From NCBI GenBank assembly GCA_964016885.1, contig OZ024765.1:620001-684000 (forward strand): a DNA stretch of 64,000 nt, in the 5' to 3' direction. The DNA comes from Eledone cirrhosa. Its lineage: Eukaryota. The position numbers and the translations under genes are program-made. Shown piece after piece: positions 30,008 to 46,178 of the stretch. Under the pieces are notes generated by a model. It saw nothing but the letters and a program-made list of their open reading frames with translations. It was not told where the DNA came from and made no database searches. Each line of letters opens with the position of its first letter. Position 1 is the stretch's first letter.

Positions 30008-30249
30008 TCGCAGACATATCAAGCGACGATTTCAAAAGACTTCATTCTTTAATGGACACTCCAAATTTTGACACAAAGTGAACACAATCACACACACGAC
30101 ACAAACACAAACATATACACACATACACACACTCAGACACATATATATATATATATATATATGTGTGTGTCTGTGTGTGTGTGTGTGTGTGTGTGTACAT
30201 ACGCTCACACAGACATATATATATATATATATATATAATATAGAAAGGT

Positions 30250-30294
30250 TTCTACTGGACTAGAACTGTTTCATTCGGTACAAATCATCAGGAA
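30250..30294 (-). ncRNA. Hammerhead motif (family A, inverted arm; helix III mismatch)
   Basis: The minus strand reads ttc-CTGATGA-tttgtaccgaat-GAAA-cag-ttctagtc-cag-TA-gaa. Confidence 0.55.
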
Positions 30295-30297
30295 ACC

Positions 30298-30343
30298 CTT
30301 CCTGATGATTTCTACGGAAGAAACAGTTCTAGTCCTGTAGAAG
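30298..30343 (+). ncRNA. Type I hammerhead motif (family A)
   Basis: cttc-CTGATGA-tttc-tac-ggaa-GAAA-cag-ttctagtc-ctg-TA-gaag. All three helices pair, and the GUA site ends at 30339. Confidence 0.82.
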
Positions 30344-30504
30344 CATTTCTATATTTAATAATTATACTCTATGTATTGAGTACTTTACTTACTGTGGTTA
30401 CCCCCAATTGAACCGGGGATAAACATAGATAGATAGTTATATAAATGAAACGGCAAAACAAAGGCACATTTCTGGTCTCTAAAGTCTGTCTCCACACCCG
30501 GGGC

Positions 30505-30675
30505 TCATTAGGTAGGTGCTTACCACGGTTTCCGGAGTGTTAAGCGACGATTGAGAGTACAAGACACCCCTGGACAGGGCGCCAGTCCATCATAGGGTTA
30601 ACCCCCAGCTATTGCTGCTGGTACACATTATAATCGTAAGTCCAACACCCTAACCACTGGGCCACACGCCTCCAC
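30505..30675 (-). mobile_element. tRNA-derived SINE of a second family, internally deleted
   Basis: Minus-strand head gtggaggcgtgtggcccagtggttagggtgttggac (A box). The body ggggttaaccctatgatggactggcgccctgtccagggg resembles widespread invertebrate SINE 3' domains. Confidence 0.7.
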
Positions 30676-30678
30676 GCC

Positions 30679-30787
30679 CAAATTGCTGGCCTTGTCCCTA
30701 AAATACCAGTTAACTTCTGGGTCTGATATAACTGAATTTCTGCCAAATTGCTGGCCTTGTTCCTAGATCAGAAACCAATATATTATT
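30679..30787 (+). mobile_element. Two SINE tail fragments
   Basis: aaattgctggccttgt occurs twice and the second ends agaaaccaatatattatt, as in the 6151 family tail. Confidence 0.65.
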
Positions 30788-30884
30788 ACAGCCATCGATC
30801 ATTTTTCGAAGAGAGAAAATACAAACATATCAGTGGCTCTTATGTATGTTTGTTTGTTGTCGTTTAGCTTTAATAAGAGACGAA

Positions 30885-31875
30885 AGCAACAACAGTAACA
30901 ACTACTACTAATAATAATAATAATAATAATATTACTATTACTACTACTACTACAACAGTAACAACTACTACTACTACTACTACAGCAACAATTACTACTA
31001 CTACTACAACAACAACAGTAACAACTACTACTACAACAACAACAGTAACAACTACTACTACAACAACAACAGTAACAACTACTACTACTACAACAACAGT
31101 AACAACTACTACTACTACTACTACAACAACAGTAACTACTACTACTACTACTACTACAGTAACACCATCTACTACTACTACTACTACTGCAACAATAAAA
31201 ACAAACAGCAGTAAAAATATCAACAGCAACAACAACAGCAGCAAGATAATTATCAATAAAAACATCAACAACGACAACAGCAACAATTACAACACCAAAA
31301 GCAACAACACCAACAACAATAATACCAAAACCAGCAACAACAACAATAGCACCAAAAACAGCAACGACGACGACAAAAACAGCAACAACACCAAAAGCAG
31401 CAGCAACAACACCAAAAGCAGCAGCAACAACACCAAAAGCAGCAGCAACAACACCAAAAGCAGCAGCAACACCACCAAAAGCAGCAGCAACAACACCAAA
31501 AACAGCAGCAACAACACCAAAAACAGCAACACCAAAAACAGCATCAATACCACCAACAGCAACAAAAATGGCAACCAAAACAGCAACAACACCGACACAA
31601 CAGTAACAATAACATAAAAAACAGCAATGACAACAACTACAAAAACAGCAACAACAATAACACCAATAACAGCGACAACAGCAACAACACAAATATCAAG
31701 AACGAGAGAGAGAGAGAGACTGTGAGAGAGAGAGAGACTGTGAGAGAGAGAGAGACTGTGAGAGAGAGAGAGACTGTGAGAGAGAGAGAGACTGTGAGAG
31801 AGAGAGAGACTGTGAGAGAGAGAGAGACTGTGAGAGAGAGAGAGACTGTGAGAGAGAGAGACTGAGAGAGAGAGA
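30885..31875. repeat. (ACT/ACA/GCA)n triplet region with 21-bp units, followed by an 18-bp gactgtgagagagagaga array
   Basis: Direct inspection. Confidence 0.9.
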
Positions 31876-32048
31876 TGAAATATTATTGAGTATTCGATGT
31901 AAAAGTTTACCATTAAAGCTACTCCAACTTTCAACAAGGTGTGCCTCGAGTAGAAGATACAACTGGAATAGATTTAAATGATATAACACGTAACAATTTG
32001 TTGGCAATATTCAATTATAAACGAGGGAGGAACTTGATGTTCTATTAA

Positions 32049-32116
32049 CCCGTTTCACAGCAAATTCTTTGAAACTGGCCGCGTGTTTTTGCTATAAAAC
32101 TGTTTATGTTAAAGGG
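32049..32116. mobile_element. Tiny piggyBac-type MITE
   Basis: TTAA(32045-32048)-cccgtt...aaaggg-TTAA(32117-32120). Confidence 0.55.
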
Positions 32117-32120
32117 TTAA

Positions 32121-32466
32121 CCCTTTAGTATTTAAACCGATCATACCTGGCCAGAATTCTCTCACCTCTTTCTGTTCAAACTAGCAGTAACTGGCTGCTC
32201 ATATTTATGTTAAGGTATTGTTCTCAAAATAAATGATATCAAGATCTTGCAGGTTCGATATTATGTGAGATAATTATGTGAGATAAAGAGTTTTCCATGA
32301 AAATACAATAATTAATATAAAAATAATTGTTTCTACTTTTGGCACAAGGAGAGCAAATACCCAGTACATTACCGGTACTTTATTTTATCGACCCCGTAAG
32401 GATGAAAGGCAAAGTTAACCTCGACGGGATTTATAGTTAATATAGAGTAATGTAAATGTAAAAGGG
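32121..32466. mobile_element. piggyBac-type MITE with a nested SINE
   Basis: TTAA-cccttt...aaaggg-TTAA(32467-32470). CCC/GGG termini and a TTAA target duplication are piggyBac hallmarks. Confidence 0.72.
32325..32432 (-). mobile_element. 5'-truncated SINE (6151 family)
   Basis: Reverse complement of the 6230-6336 region. Confidence 0.85.
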
Positions 32467-32574
32467 TTAATGTGTGTAAACAAGGGTGATCTGTGCTGAG
32501 AATGTCATAGGTTGAGCAAATACACAGGGAAACCCCTTCTCTATTCTGTTCTGTCCACCAGGAACGCTAGTCCA

Positions 32575-32749
32575 CACAACCCAGTCCAGGAATGGAACCC
32601 ACATCATGATCATATGTCCAACACCCTTACCACTAGTACCACTAGGCCACATACCTCCACAGAACATAGAACACAACCCAGTCCAGGAATCAAACCCACG
32701 ACATTATGATCATATGTCCAGTAACCTTACCTCTAGGCCATACGCCTTC
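32575..32749 (-). mobile_element. Two tandem tRNA-like SINE heads
   Basis: The minus strand reads gtggaggtatgtggcctagtggt...gtgggttccattcctggactgggttgtg, twice (32575-32662 and 32670-32749). Confidence 0.7.
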
Positions 32750-33119
32750 TTGATCGATAAATCGATAAACATGTAAATATCTAAATAGATAGATAAACTA
32801 AAATGCAGGTTATTTTTTTCACTAAGCCTCCAAATATTTACAAACAAATAAGAAAATTACCAATCTTACTTGGTATTTTCGTTTTTATTACTAGCAATAA
32901 CTTTTCCCCCTAATCGTATCTTCCCTACATATTACAGCCAAACGTGGAGACATGATTTTTATCTATGTTTATGAATCAACTAAAATAAAAAATCTTTCTT
33001 GGCCTAAGCACAAAAATCTTACAGCCTAAGCAGAAAATACTTTATATTAATTCTTATTTCCTATCTTATCTTTCATGATTAGAATTTTTCTGTCTTCAAA
33101 AATCTGCGTTAATATGTAG

Positions 33120-33531
33120 CTGGCCTTCCGGCGTTTACGACGACGAGTGTTCCGAATCATCTGATCAAGAGAACAGCCTGCTCGTAAAATTAACATGCAA
33201 GTGGCTGAGCATTCTACAGACACGCCAGGAGATTCGGGTTGACACAAAACGTGACAATCTTGGCCTTTAGAACTACTGGTACAACTCATTTGTTGGCAGC
33301 TGAGTGGACTGGAGAAACTTGAAATAAAGTGTCTCGACGTTGTTCTCGTTGAGATTCCCCTTCACACAGTATGTGACAAAGCTGGCCACTTCGAATTACA
33401 GGTTCAACTCATATTTTGCCAGCCGAGTGGACTAGAGCAACGTGAAATAAAGTGTCTTGCTCAAGGACACTGGACTAGAGCAACGTGAAATAAAGTGTCT
33501 TGCTCAAGAACACAGAGCACTGGAGCAACGT
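33120..33531 (-). mobile_element. SINE body fragments of a third family, internally duplicated
   Basis: The minus strand gtgtccttgagcaagacactttatttcacgttgctctagtccactcggctggcaaaa is repeated; the tggactagagcaacgtgaaataaagtgtct block occurs 3 times. Confidence 0.75.
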
Positions 33532-34384
33532 AAAGCAAAGCAGGGGGACAGTCCTAGGGTTGAACAACATCGATAAAAATGTAGGTGAACTAGGAAAGAA
33601 GCAAATGTTTATGTACAAAGATAAAAATAAATATGGTAATTTCAAGGATTGAGTACCAAGACTTTCTTTGCACCAAAACTTTCTCAGCACAAAATATTCT
33701 ATATTAATTTTATCTTACGTGGAGAAATTTGTACAACAAAAGCTGCGTCCATATATTTATTTGTAAAGGTAGGACAGAAAATATAGGTATGTATAGAAAT
33801 AGTGGTTAGTTCAGGATTTGGCACCAAGAATCTTGTAGTCTAAGCAGAAAAATAACCTGTAATAATTCAGTATATTTCATTATTCGAATTATTACGTAAC
33901 CGAAAGCTACGGCACACCATACAATTCTCTAACTAAGAATAAAAGATGATGTCTGCATGGATAAACCAGAGTTTTAGAAATATTAATGTCTGTGAGGTTA
34001 GTTTTTAGTCTTTCGTTATTTTTTTATTATTAAGCCTACAGGTTATTATATTTTCTGCAGAATGGTGGAATCGTGGACAATATTTCGTTTCTTAAGCAGA
34101 TTTTTCGTCGTCTACATCATTGTATATAGTTATATATATAAAGATGAAAGTATATATATATAAATATATAAATATATATATATAATATATATAATATATA
34201 ATATATATACATGTATATATAGAAATGTATATAGAAATGTATATATATAATATATATGTATGTATGTTTATATATAGGCGTGTGTGTGTGTGTGTGTGTG
34301 TGTATGATGCATATACAATTTGTCGCAAAAGATGTATACACACTTATATATATATATGTACATACGTTTGTGTGTGAATTTACG

Positions 34385-38640
<4,256 letters not shown>

Positions 38641-38894
38641 AACTATCTATAAATTTATGTGGGTATTTGTGTATATGCATGTATATGTATACATACATAT
38701 ATATATATGCACATACGTGTGTATATGTGTGTTTGTATGAGTGTATGTATAGATAGACGGATAGATAGATATTGTGGATTTAATCAAATAATAATTTCTT
38801 TCGCCACAGGTCACCTGATATCCTGTATTTTAAGCAAAGTAAACCTCATAATAATTTCTCTAGTACAAGGTCCATGAAACCACAATCTTCGCTA

Positions 38895-38977
<83 letters not shown>

Positions 38978-39312
38978 ATGTGTATATATATATGTGTGTA
39001 TGTGTATATATATATGTGTTTGTGTATATATATATGTGTTTGTGTATATATATGTGTGTTTGTGTATATATATGTGTGTGTGTATATATATGTGTGTGTG
39101 TGTGTATATATATATGTGTGTGTGTGTATATATATGTGTGTGTGTGTGTATATATATATATATGTGTGTGTGTGTCTGTGTATATATATATATATGTGTG
39201 TGTGTGTATATATATATGTGTGTGTGTGTATATATATATATGTGTGTGTGTATATATATATATATGTGTGTGTGTGTATATATATATGTGTGTGTGTGTA
39301 TATATATATATA

Positions 39313-39427
<115 letters not shown>

Positions 39428-39454
39428 GTGTGTGTGTGTGTGTGTATATATATA

Positions 39455-39489
<35 letters not shown>

Positions 39490-39890
39490 ATATATATATA
39501 GGTGTGTGTGTGTGTGTATATATATAGGTGTGTGTGTATATAGGTGTGTGTGTATATATATATATATGTGTGTCTGTGTATATATGTATGTGTGTGTCTG
39601 TGTATATATATATATGTGTGTGTGTGTATATATATAGGTGTGTGTGGGTGTGTAGCAATATCCGTAGGTGCGGAGAGGGAAAATGGGAAAACAGTGCTTG
39701 CTCAATCGGAAAATTAGGTAGTACAGTGTGCTTACGCCGTATTTGACTAGAATTATTCAGTTAGTTGGGAGTTTGAAAAAAACCTTTCGAATGGAGACAA
39801 GGATGAGTATTGACGTACATGGGTCTCGAACCCACATCTTTGGTAAAACATTGGTCTCGCAAACCAGAGAGAAGGGAGGCGACCAATGTG

Positions 39891-39941
<51 letters not shown>

Positions 39942-39943
<2 letters not shown>

Positions 39944-40114
39944 TTATCCCGGGTTCATTCGGGAGGTAACCACGGTAAGTAACGTACTCAATACAAAGCA
40001 GAGTATAAATATTCAATACAGAAAGGCTTCTACAGGACTAGAACTGTTTCATTCGAGGGAAATCCTCAGGAAGCCGAATAAAACAGTTCTAGTCCTGTAG
40101 AAGCATTTTCTATA
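39942..40114 (-). mobile_element. Family A element, fold-back copy
   Basis: The tail at 39942-40024 abuts (TA)n. The ribozyme is at 40025-40075 and an inverted partial copy is at 40076-40114. Confidence 0.88.
40025..40075 (-). ncRNA. Type I hammerhead motif (family A)
   Basis: The minus strand reads ggcttc-CTGAGGA-tttccctcgaat-GAAA-cag-ttctagtc-ctg-TA-gaagcc, with a 6-bp helix I. Confidence 0.82.
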
Positions 40115-40115
40115 C

Positions 40116-40148
<33 letters not shown>

Positions 40149-40284
40149 AGATATAGTTGTTGTAGGGTTTCAGGTAAATGCGTCCGTAGGCGGTATGCCG
40201 TTTGAGAACTCTATGCTCGCGCAGAGCAGAGTATATTATTATAGATAACGAGGGATCAGTGATGCATCAAAACACTATTTATTA

Positions 40285-40376
40285 ACATATTACATATGTT
40301 TCTCCGACGATCAGCTCAAGGCAAGATCTGTTACAGATCGAACCTGACTCTGCATTCGCAAGTTCCTCAGATACGT
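40285..40376 (-). ncRNA. Type I hammerhead motif with 61-nt helix II domain
   Basis: The minus strand reads acgtat-CTGAGGA-[61 nt: cga/tcg, cag/ctg, aggt/gcct, gatctg/cagatc]-GAAA-c-atat-g-TA-atatgt. Helix I is 6 bp and helix III is the palindrome ACATATGT. Confidence 0.7.
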
Positions 40377-40405
40377 CTTGTGTATTAAAAACATTCCATC
40401 TATAG

Positions 40406-40497
40406 ACATATCTGAAGAACTTTCGAATACAGACTCGGGTTCGATCTGTTACTGATACTGCCTTGAGCTGATCGACAGAGAAGCATATGTAATATGT
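40406..40497 (+). ncRNA. Hammerhead motif, core mutated (GAAG)
   Basis: acatat-CTGAAGA-[61 nt]-GAAG-c-atat-g-TA-atatgt; the conserved A15.1 is G. Confidence 0.55.
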
Positions 40498-40523
40498 TAA
40501 TAAATTGTGTTTCGATGCATTAG

Positions 40524-40668
40524 TGATTCCTCGTAATCTATAATATATGTATTGATTTCTCGTAATCTATAATATATGTATTGATTCCTCATAATCTATA
40601 ATATATGTATTGATTCCTCGTAATCTATAATATATGTATTGATTTCTCGTAATCTATAATATATGTAT
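40524..40668 (+). repeat. 5 x 29-bp tandem repeat of the family I terminus plus TA flank
   Basis: The unit tgattcctcgtaatctataatatatgtat starts at 40524, 40553, 40582, 40611 and 40640. Confidence 0.92.
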
Positions 40669-40689
40669 ATATATATTTATATATATATG

Positions 40690-40939
40690 AGAGTATTGAA
40701 GTTTGCTTGAAGAATTGTGGAATAATAAGGTAAATTTCTTTAAGTCGTCTGGAAGTCTCGACAATGCAGATGGGTAAATCTCCGGGTAACAAGATCAATC
40801 CTACATTCTTATCCACGCTAAAGTCTTCTACACGCCACACATCTCAACCTACACCCACTTACATCTCTCTCTCCACCACCGGATCTTGTTAACGGGAAAT
40901 TTATCCTTCTGCGTTGTCGAGGCTTCCAAACGACTTAAA
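40690..40939. mobile_element. Family J fold-back island (58-bp arms, 85-nt spacer), no ribozyme recognised
   Basis: 40739-40796 and 40882-40939 are imperfect reverse complements; TA tracts lie on both sides. Confidence 0.65.
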
Positions 40940-41451
40940 TATATATATATATATATATTTGTGTGTTTGTGTAGGACTGCATGTCGATATAAGCTCGTTT
41001 GTGATCTGCAATACCTGTGATCCATCAGAGAAACGGTTGGACTGGTGCATATATCCCTAAGTGCTGATTCGTGTGTATGTGTGTGAACATATATATATAT
41101 ATATGTGTGTGTGTGGATTGCGGGTATATTGTACATTTTCCAACGAGAATACCTGGTGAAAAGCAACATGCAATCTATCTCTGATTTCATTACATTACAT
41201 CATTTCAACATATACGGTACATATATACCTGTGCGTGTGTGTATATGTATATATATAAATATATATATATATTTGTATATATATATATATATATATATAT
41301 GATTGTGCATATATATTTGTATATATATATATATATGATTGTGCATATATATATGTATATATTTATATATATATATATGTGTATATTTGTATATATATAT
41401 ATATATATGAATATATATATATATATATATGTGTGTATATATGTATATATT

Positions 41452-41482
<31 letters not shown>

Positions 41483-42036
41483 TTATATATATATATATAT
41501 GTATATATTTATATATATATATATGTATATATTTATATATATATATATGTATATATTTATATATATATATATATGTATATATTTATATATATATATATAT
41601 GTATATATTTATATATATATATATGTATATATTTATATATATATATATGTATATATTTATATATATATATATATGTGTATATATTTATATATATATATAT
41701 GTGTATATATTTATATATATATATATGTGTATATATTTATATATATATATGTGGATATATTTATATATATATATGTGGATATATTTATATATATATATAT
41801 ATGTGGATATATTTATATATATATATATATGTGGATATATTTGTATATATATATATATATGTGGATATATTTGTATATATATATATATATGTGGATATAT
41901 TTGTATATATATATATATATATGGATATATATATATATATGTGTGTGTATATTTGTATATGAATATATATATATATATATATACGGGTATATATATACAC
42001 ACACATACACGCACACATATACATTCGTGTAGATGC

Positions 42037-42072
<36 letters not shown>

Positions 42073-42295
42073 GTGCGGTGAGTGTATAGTAATCTGCTGA
42101 CGGATATAAACAGCAAAATTGACCAATCCGATCCAATTACTTTGGCAAAAGATGTACTGCGGAATTAACCAGATTCTGATGTATGGACATATATATATAT
42201 ATATATATATATATTCCTATATGTATGTGTGAGTGTGTGCGCACATATATGCAGTGATACATAGATATATACATACACAGCTTGAAAGTAGTACA

Positions 42296-42331
<36 letters not shown>

Positions 42332-42641
42332 CTTGTGTGAAAATATACGTATGTGAGTGTGTGGGTATATATATATATATACATGTGTGTGTGTGTGTGT
42401 ACATGTGTGTGTGTATCCGTGTGTGAGCATATATATATACACATACATGTTTGTCTATGTATATATACATATGTGTATCTATATATATATATACATATAT
42501 GTGTTTGTGTATATATATATGTGCGTGTGTGTGTGTGCTGTCAAAGCCATTTGTTTTTGTTGTTGGTTTCATTATGTGAATCAGAACCTGTCGAAACCAA
42601 ATCCCAGATCAAAGATTCTGTGGACTACAGGACTTCCATTA

Positions 42642-42646
42642 TGATG

Positions 42647-42677
<31 letters not shown>

Positions 42678-43143
42678 GGGTAGTGGTGGTGGTGTTATTG
42701 GTAGTGATGGTTATGGTGGTGTTGATCGTAGTGATGGTGGTGGTGGTGGTGGTAGTGGGGGTACTGGTGGTGGTGTTATTGGTAGTGATGGTTATGGTGG
42801 TGTTGATCGTAGTGATGGTGGTGTTGGTGGTGGTGATATTGGGGGTACTGGTGGTGGTGTCATTGGTAGTGATGGTTATGGTGGTGTTGATCGTAGTGAT
42901 GGTGGTGGTGGTGGTGGTGATATTATTTTTGTTTATGATGACGGTGGTGTTGGTATTACTATTGGTGGTGGTAGTGGTGGTGTTATTGGTAGTGATGGTG
43001 GTGGTGGTGGTATTAATATCGGTGGTGGTGGTGGCGGTGGTGGCGGTGTTCGCTGTCATTGTCATCGTGATGGTTATGTTAATTGTGGTGATGAAAGTAC
43101 TATTACTGCTGTTAGAGGTGGAGGAGGTGGTGTGGTGGTTGTT
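42642..43143. repeat. (GTG)n-rich region with repeated blocks
   Basis: ttggtagtgatggttatggtggtgttgatcgtagtgatggtg occurs three times. Confidence 0.88.
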
Positions 43144-43361
43144 GTTTCTGATCTCGCTACTATGGCTGGGAGCTATACTGTTCATTACATATACGTGATG
43201 TCATTAAGGTGAAACAAACCATTTGGCAATATGCCACGAAAGGTTAGAATAATTAGATGACCAGTATCATGTGACCATATCAGCTGACCTCATCAACACA
43301 TTAGAACCGATGTTCAATGGAAGCTTCTAGATGGTTCTTACGATTTCTCTGACAACCATAG

Positions 43362-43472
<111 letters not shown>

Positions 43473-43540
43473 CATATGACTATATGTCTATATATATATA
43501 ATAAAGATGAAATAAAAGATGGACATAAGAGTTCCATATG

Positions 43541-43606
43541 TTATATTATACGTATTTCGAATACAAAATCATCCTGGGACAGAAATTGTGTTCTCTTCAG
43601 ATAAAA
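43541..43606 (-). ncRNA. Type I hammerhead motif
   Basis: The minus strand reads ttttat-CTGAAGA-gaacacaa...ttgtattc-GAAA-t-acgt-a-TA-atataa. Helix II is gaacacaa/ttgtattc and helix III is the palindrome ATACGTAT. The site is AUA. It lies in a TA-bounded island at 43500-43663. Confidence 0.68.
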
Positions 43607-43711
43607 TAAGGTACAATGGTATGAGGCATAATAGCACTTGTTTATAGGAAAGTGCTAAGTCTACATATATATATGTATATATATATGTGTATATATATAG
43701 ATAGATATATG

Positions 43712-43830
43712 CAGGACCCCAACGGCCGGAGCTCAGCCGTCGGATTCCTGAATCTTTTCCTATTACCCACTCTACTACCCTCAGTGTTGAGTACTCTGGT
43801 GGGTTATGGTCCACCTGGTATATTAAACAC
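43712..43830 (+). mobile_element. Family B short element, folded back at helix III
   Basis: caggaccccaacggc-cggagctca-gccgtcggattcctg hairpin followed by the family B tail. Confidence 0.85.
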
Positions 43831-43833
43831 ACC

Positions 43834-43904
<71 letters not shown>

Positions 43905-43991
43905 ACCCGTACGTCGTTGATGGCTGAGAGAAGAAAGTACTCAATACCAAGATAGTCTACATATATATGTGTGTGTGTGTCTATATATGTA

Positions 43992-44230
43992 TGCCAAAAG
44001 TAAAAGGAAATAACAAAGCAAACAACAGAGTACAATGAAGAAATATATTAGTTTAACGCTTGATATAGTAAAGCGTCTTGACGATTCTGACACTGGTCGT
44101 TCATCAGAATATAGGTGAAATTATTGATAACATAGAAAAAAATAGAGCGTGGGAAGAAGAAAGAACAGGAAAAGAGTTTTAAGTGAATATCACTTGTGTG
44201 TCCAGTCAGCCATTTTGGAGACAAAATATG
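43992..44230 (-). mobile_element. Family C element with decayed minimal hammerhead (44075-44109)
   Basis: The minus strand reads ttCTGATGAacgaccagtgtcaGAATcgTCaagac; the flank is homologous to 3555-3680. Confidence 0.62.
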
Positions 44231-44484
44231 AGCAAGTTATGTACATACGATGGACGCCATGTTTATTGGAAATGGTTTCTTTTTTGTTTTTGTTTATAGA
44301 AAGTAAACGATTTTTCCTAAACTGATATATATATATATATATATATATATGCGTGTGTGGATATATGCATATATATATATGTGGATATATGCATATATAT
44401 ATATATGTGGATATATGCATATATATATATATATGTGGATATATGCATATATATATATATATGTGGATATATGCATATATATAG

Positions 44485-44525
<41 letters not shown>

Positions 44526-45458
44526 TATATATCTATATATAGAGAGAGAGATATATATACATATAGGTATATATCTATATATAGAGAGAGAGATATATAT
44601 ACATATAGGTATATATCTATATATATAGAGAGAGAGATATATACATATATATAGGTATATATCTATATATAGAGAGAGAGATATATATACATATATATAG
44701 GTATATATCTATATATAGAGAGAGAGATATATATACATATATATAGGTATATATCTATATATATATAGAGAGATATATATATATACATATATATAGGTAT
44801 ATATCTATATATATATAGAGATATATATATATACATATATATAGGTATATATCTATAGAGAGAGAGATATATAAGTATATATATAGATATATATATATGT
44901 ATATAGATAGATATATATATATATGTATATAGATAGATATATATATATATGTATATATATAGATATATGTATATATATATGTATATATATATAGATATAT
45001 ATATATGTATATAGATAGATATATATATATGTATATAGATAGATATATATATATGTATATAGATATATAGATAGATATATATATATGTATATAGATATAT
45101 AGATAGATATATATATATGTATATAGATATATAGATAGATATATATATATGTATATAGATATATTTATGTATATGTATGCATATATATGTATCGGATAAA
45201 TAATACAGTATACTTACTAAAAGAGGAAAAAAACATTATTGCATGTTATTATTACCTGGTGTATGTAGCATCCATCGGCTTTACTAGTTCATTTAGAAAA
45301 AAAAAGGCTGCATGGTAATATGGTGGGTTGACAAGGGAGAGAATTGAGTGTCATCGAAAATTTCAAGATGGTGGTTATTAACGTTGCAAAAAACACACTC
45401 ACACAATATATATATATATGTATATATATACACTACTTTACCAATTTCAGTTATACAT

Positions 45459-45568
<110 letters not shown>

Positions 45569-45634
45569 ATTTATATTTATATATATTTATATATATATAT
45601 TTATATATTTATATATATTTATATATATTTATAT

Positions 45635-45715
45635 AACGAAGGAAATGTGGTAAGGAACCAGGTGGACCATAACGCACCAAAGTACTCAATACTTGAGGTA
45701 GTAGAGTGGTTCCTA
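45635..45715 (-). mobile_element. Family B element with the hairpin excised
   Basis: aacgaaggaaatgtggtaaggaaccaggtggaccataacgcaccaaagtactcaatacttgaggtagtagagtgg is joined directly to ttccta-(TA)n. Confidence 0.88.
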
Positions 45716-45721
45716 TATATT

Positions 45722-45752
<31 letters not shown>

Positions 45753-45971
45753 ATATTTATATTTATATATATATTTATATTTATATATATATTTATATTT
45801 ATATATATATTTATATTTATATATATATTTATATATATATTTATATTTATATATATATTTATATTTATATATATATTTATATTTATATATATATATATAT
45901 TTATATATATTTATATATATATTTATATATATATTTATATATATATTTATATATATATTTATATATATATT

Positions 45972-46058
<87 letters not shown>

Positions 46059-46099
46059 ATTTATATATATATTTATATTTATATATATATATTTATATT

Positions 46100-46178
<79 letters not shown>

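Larger units (their letters stand above)
30239..30424 (+). mobile_element. Family A element, fold-back copy with back-to-back ribozymes
   Basis: 30239-30294 is the reverse complement of 30299-30353. The tail tactctatGTATTGAGTACtttacttactgtggttacccccaattgaaccggggataaac ends at a (GATA)n run. Confidence 0.88.
40157..40544 (-). mobile_element. Family I fold-back element (about 140-bp arms) with two hammerhead motifs
   Basis: Arms 40238-40378 and 40404-40544 are reverse complements with a 25-nt spacer. A unique tail at 40157-40237 runs toward the TA/TG tract. Confidence 0.85.

Noticed and set aside
40524-40668. CRISPR-like appearance of the 29-bp repeats (also 53576-54130)
   Set aside because: Units are directly adjacent with no unique spacers, there are no cas genes and the context is eukaryotic.
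42353-43198. Val-rich 'membrane protein' ORF, and the similar ORFs at 593-1294 and 30799-31937
   Set aside because: Triplet-repeat low complexity; open in multiple frames and strands.
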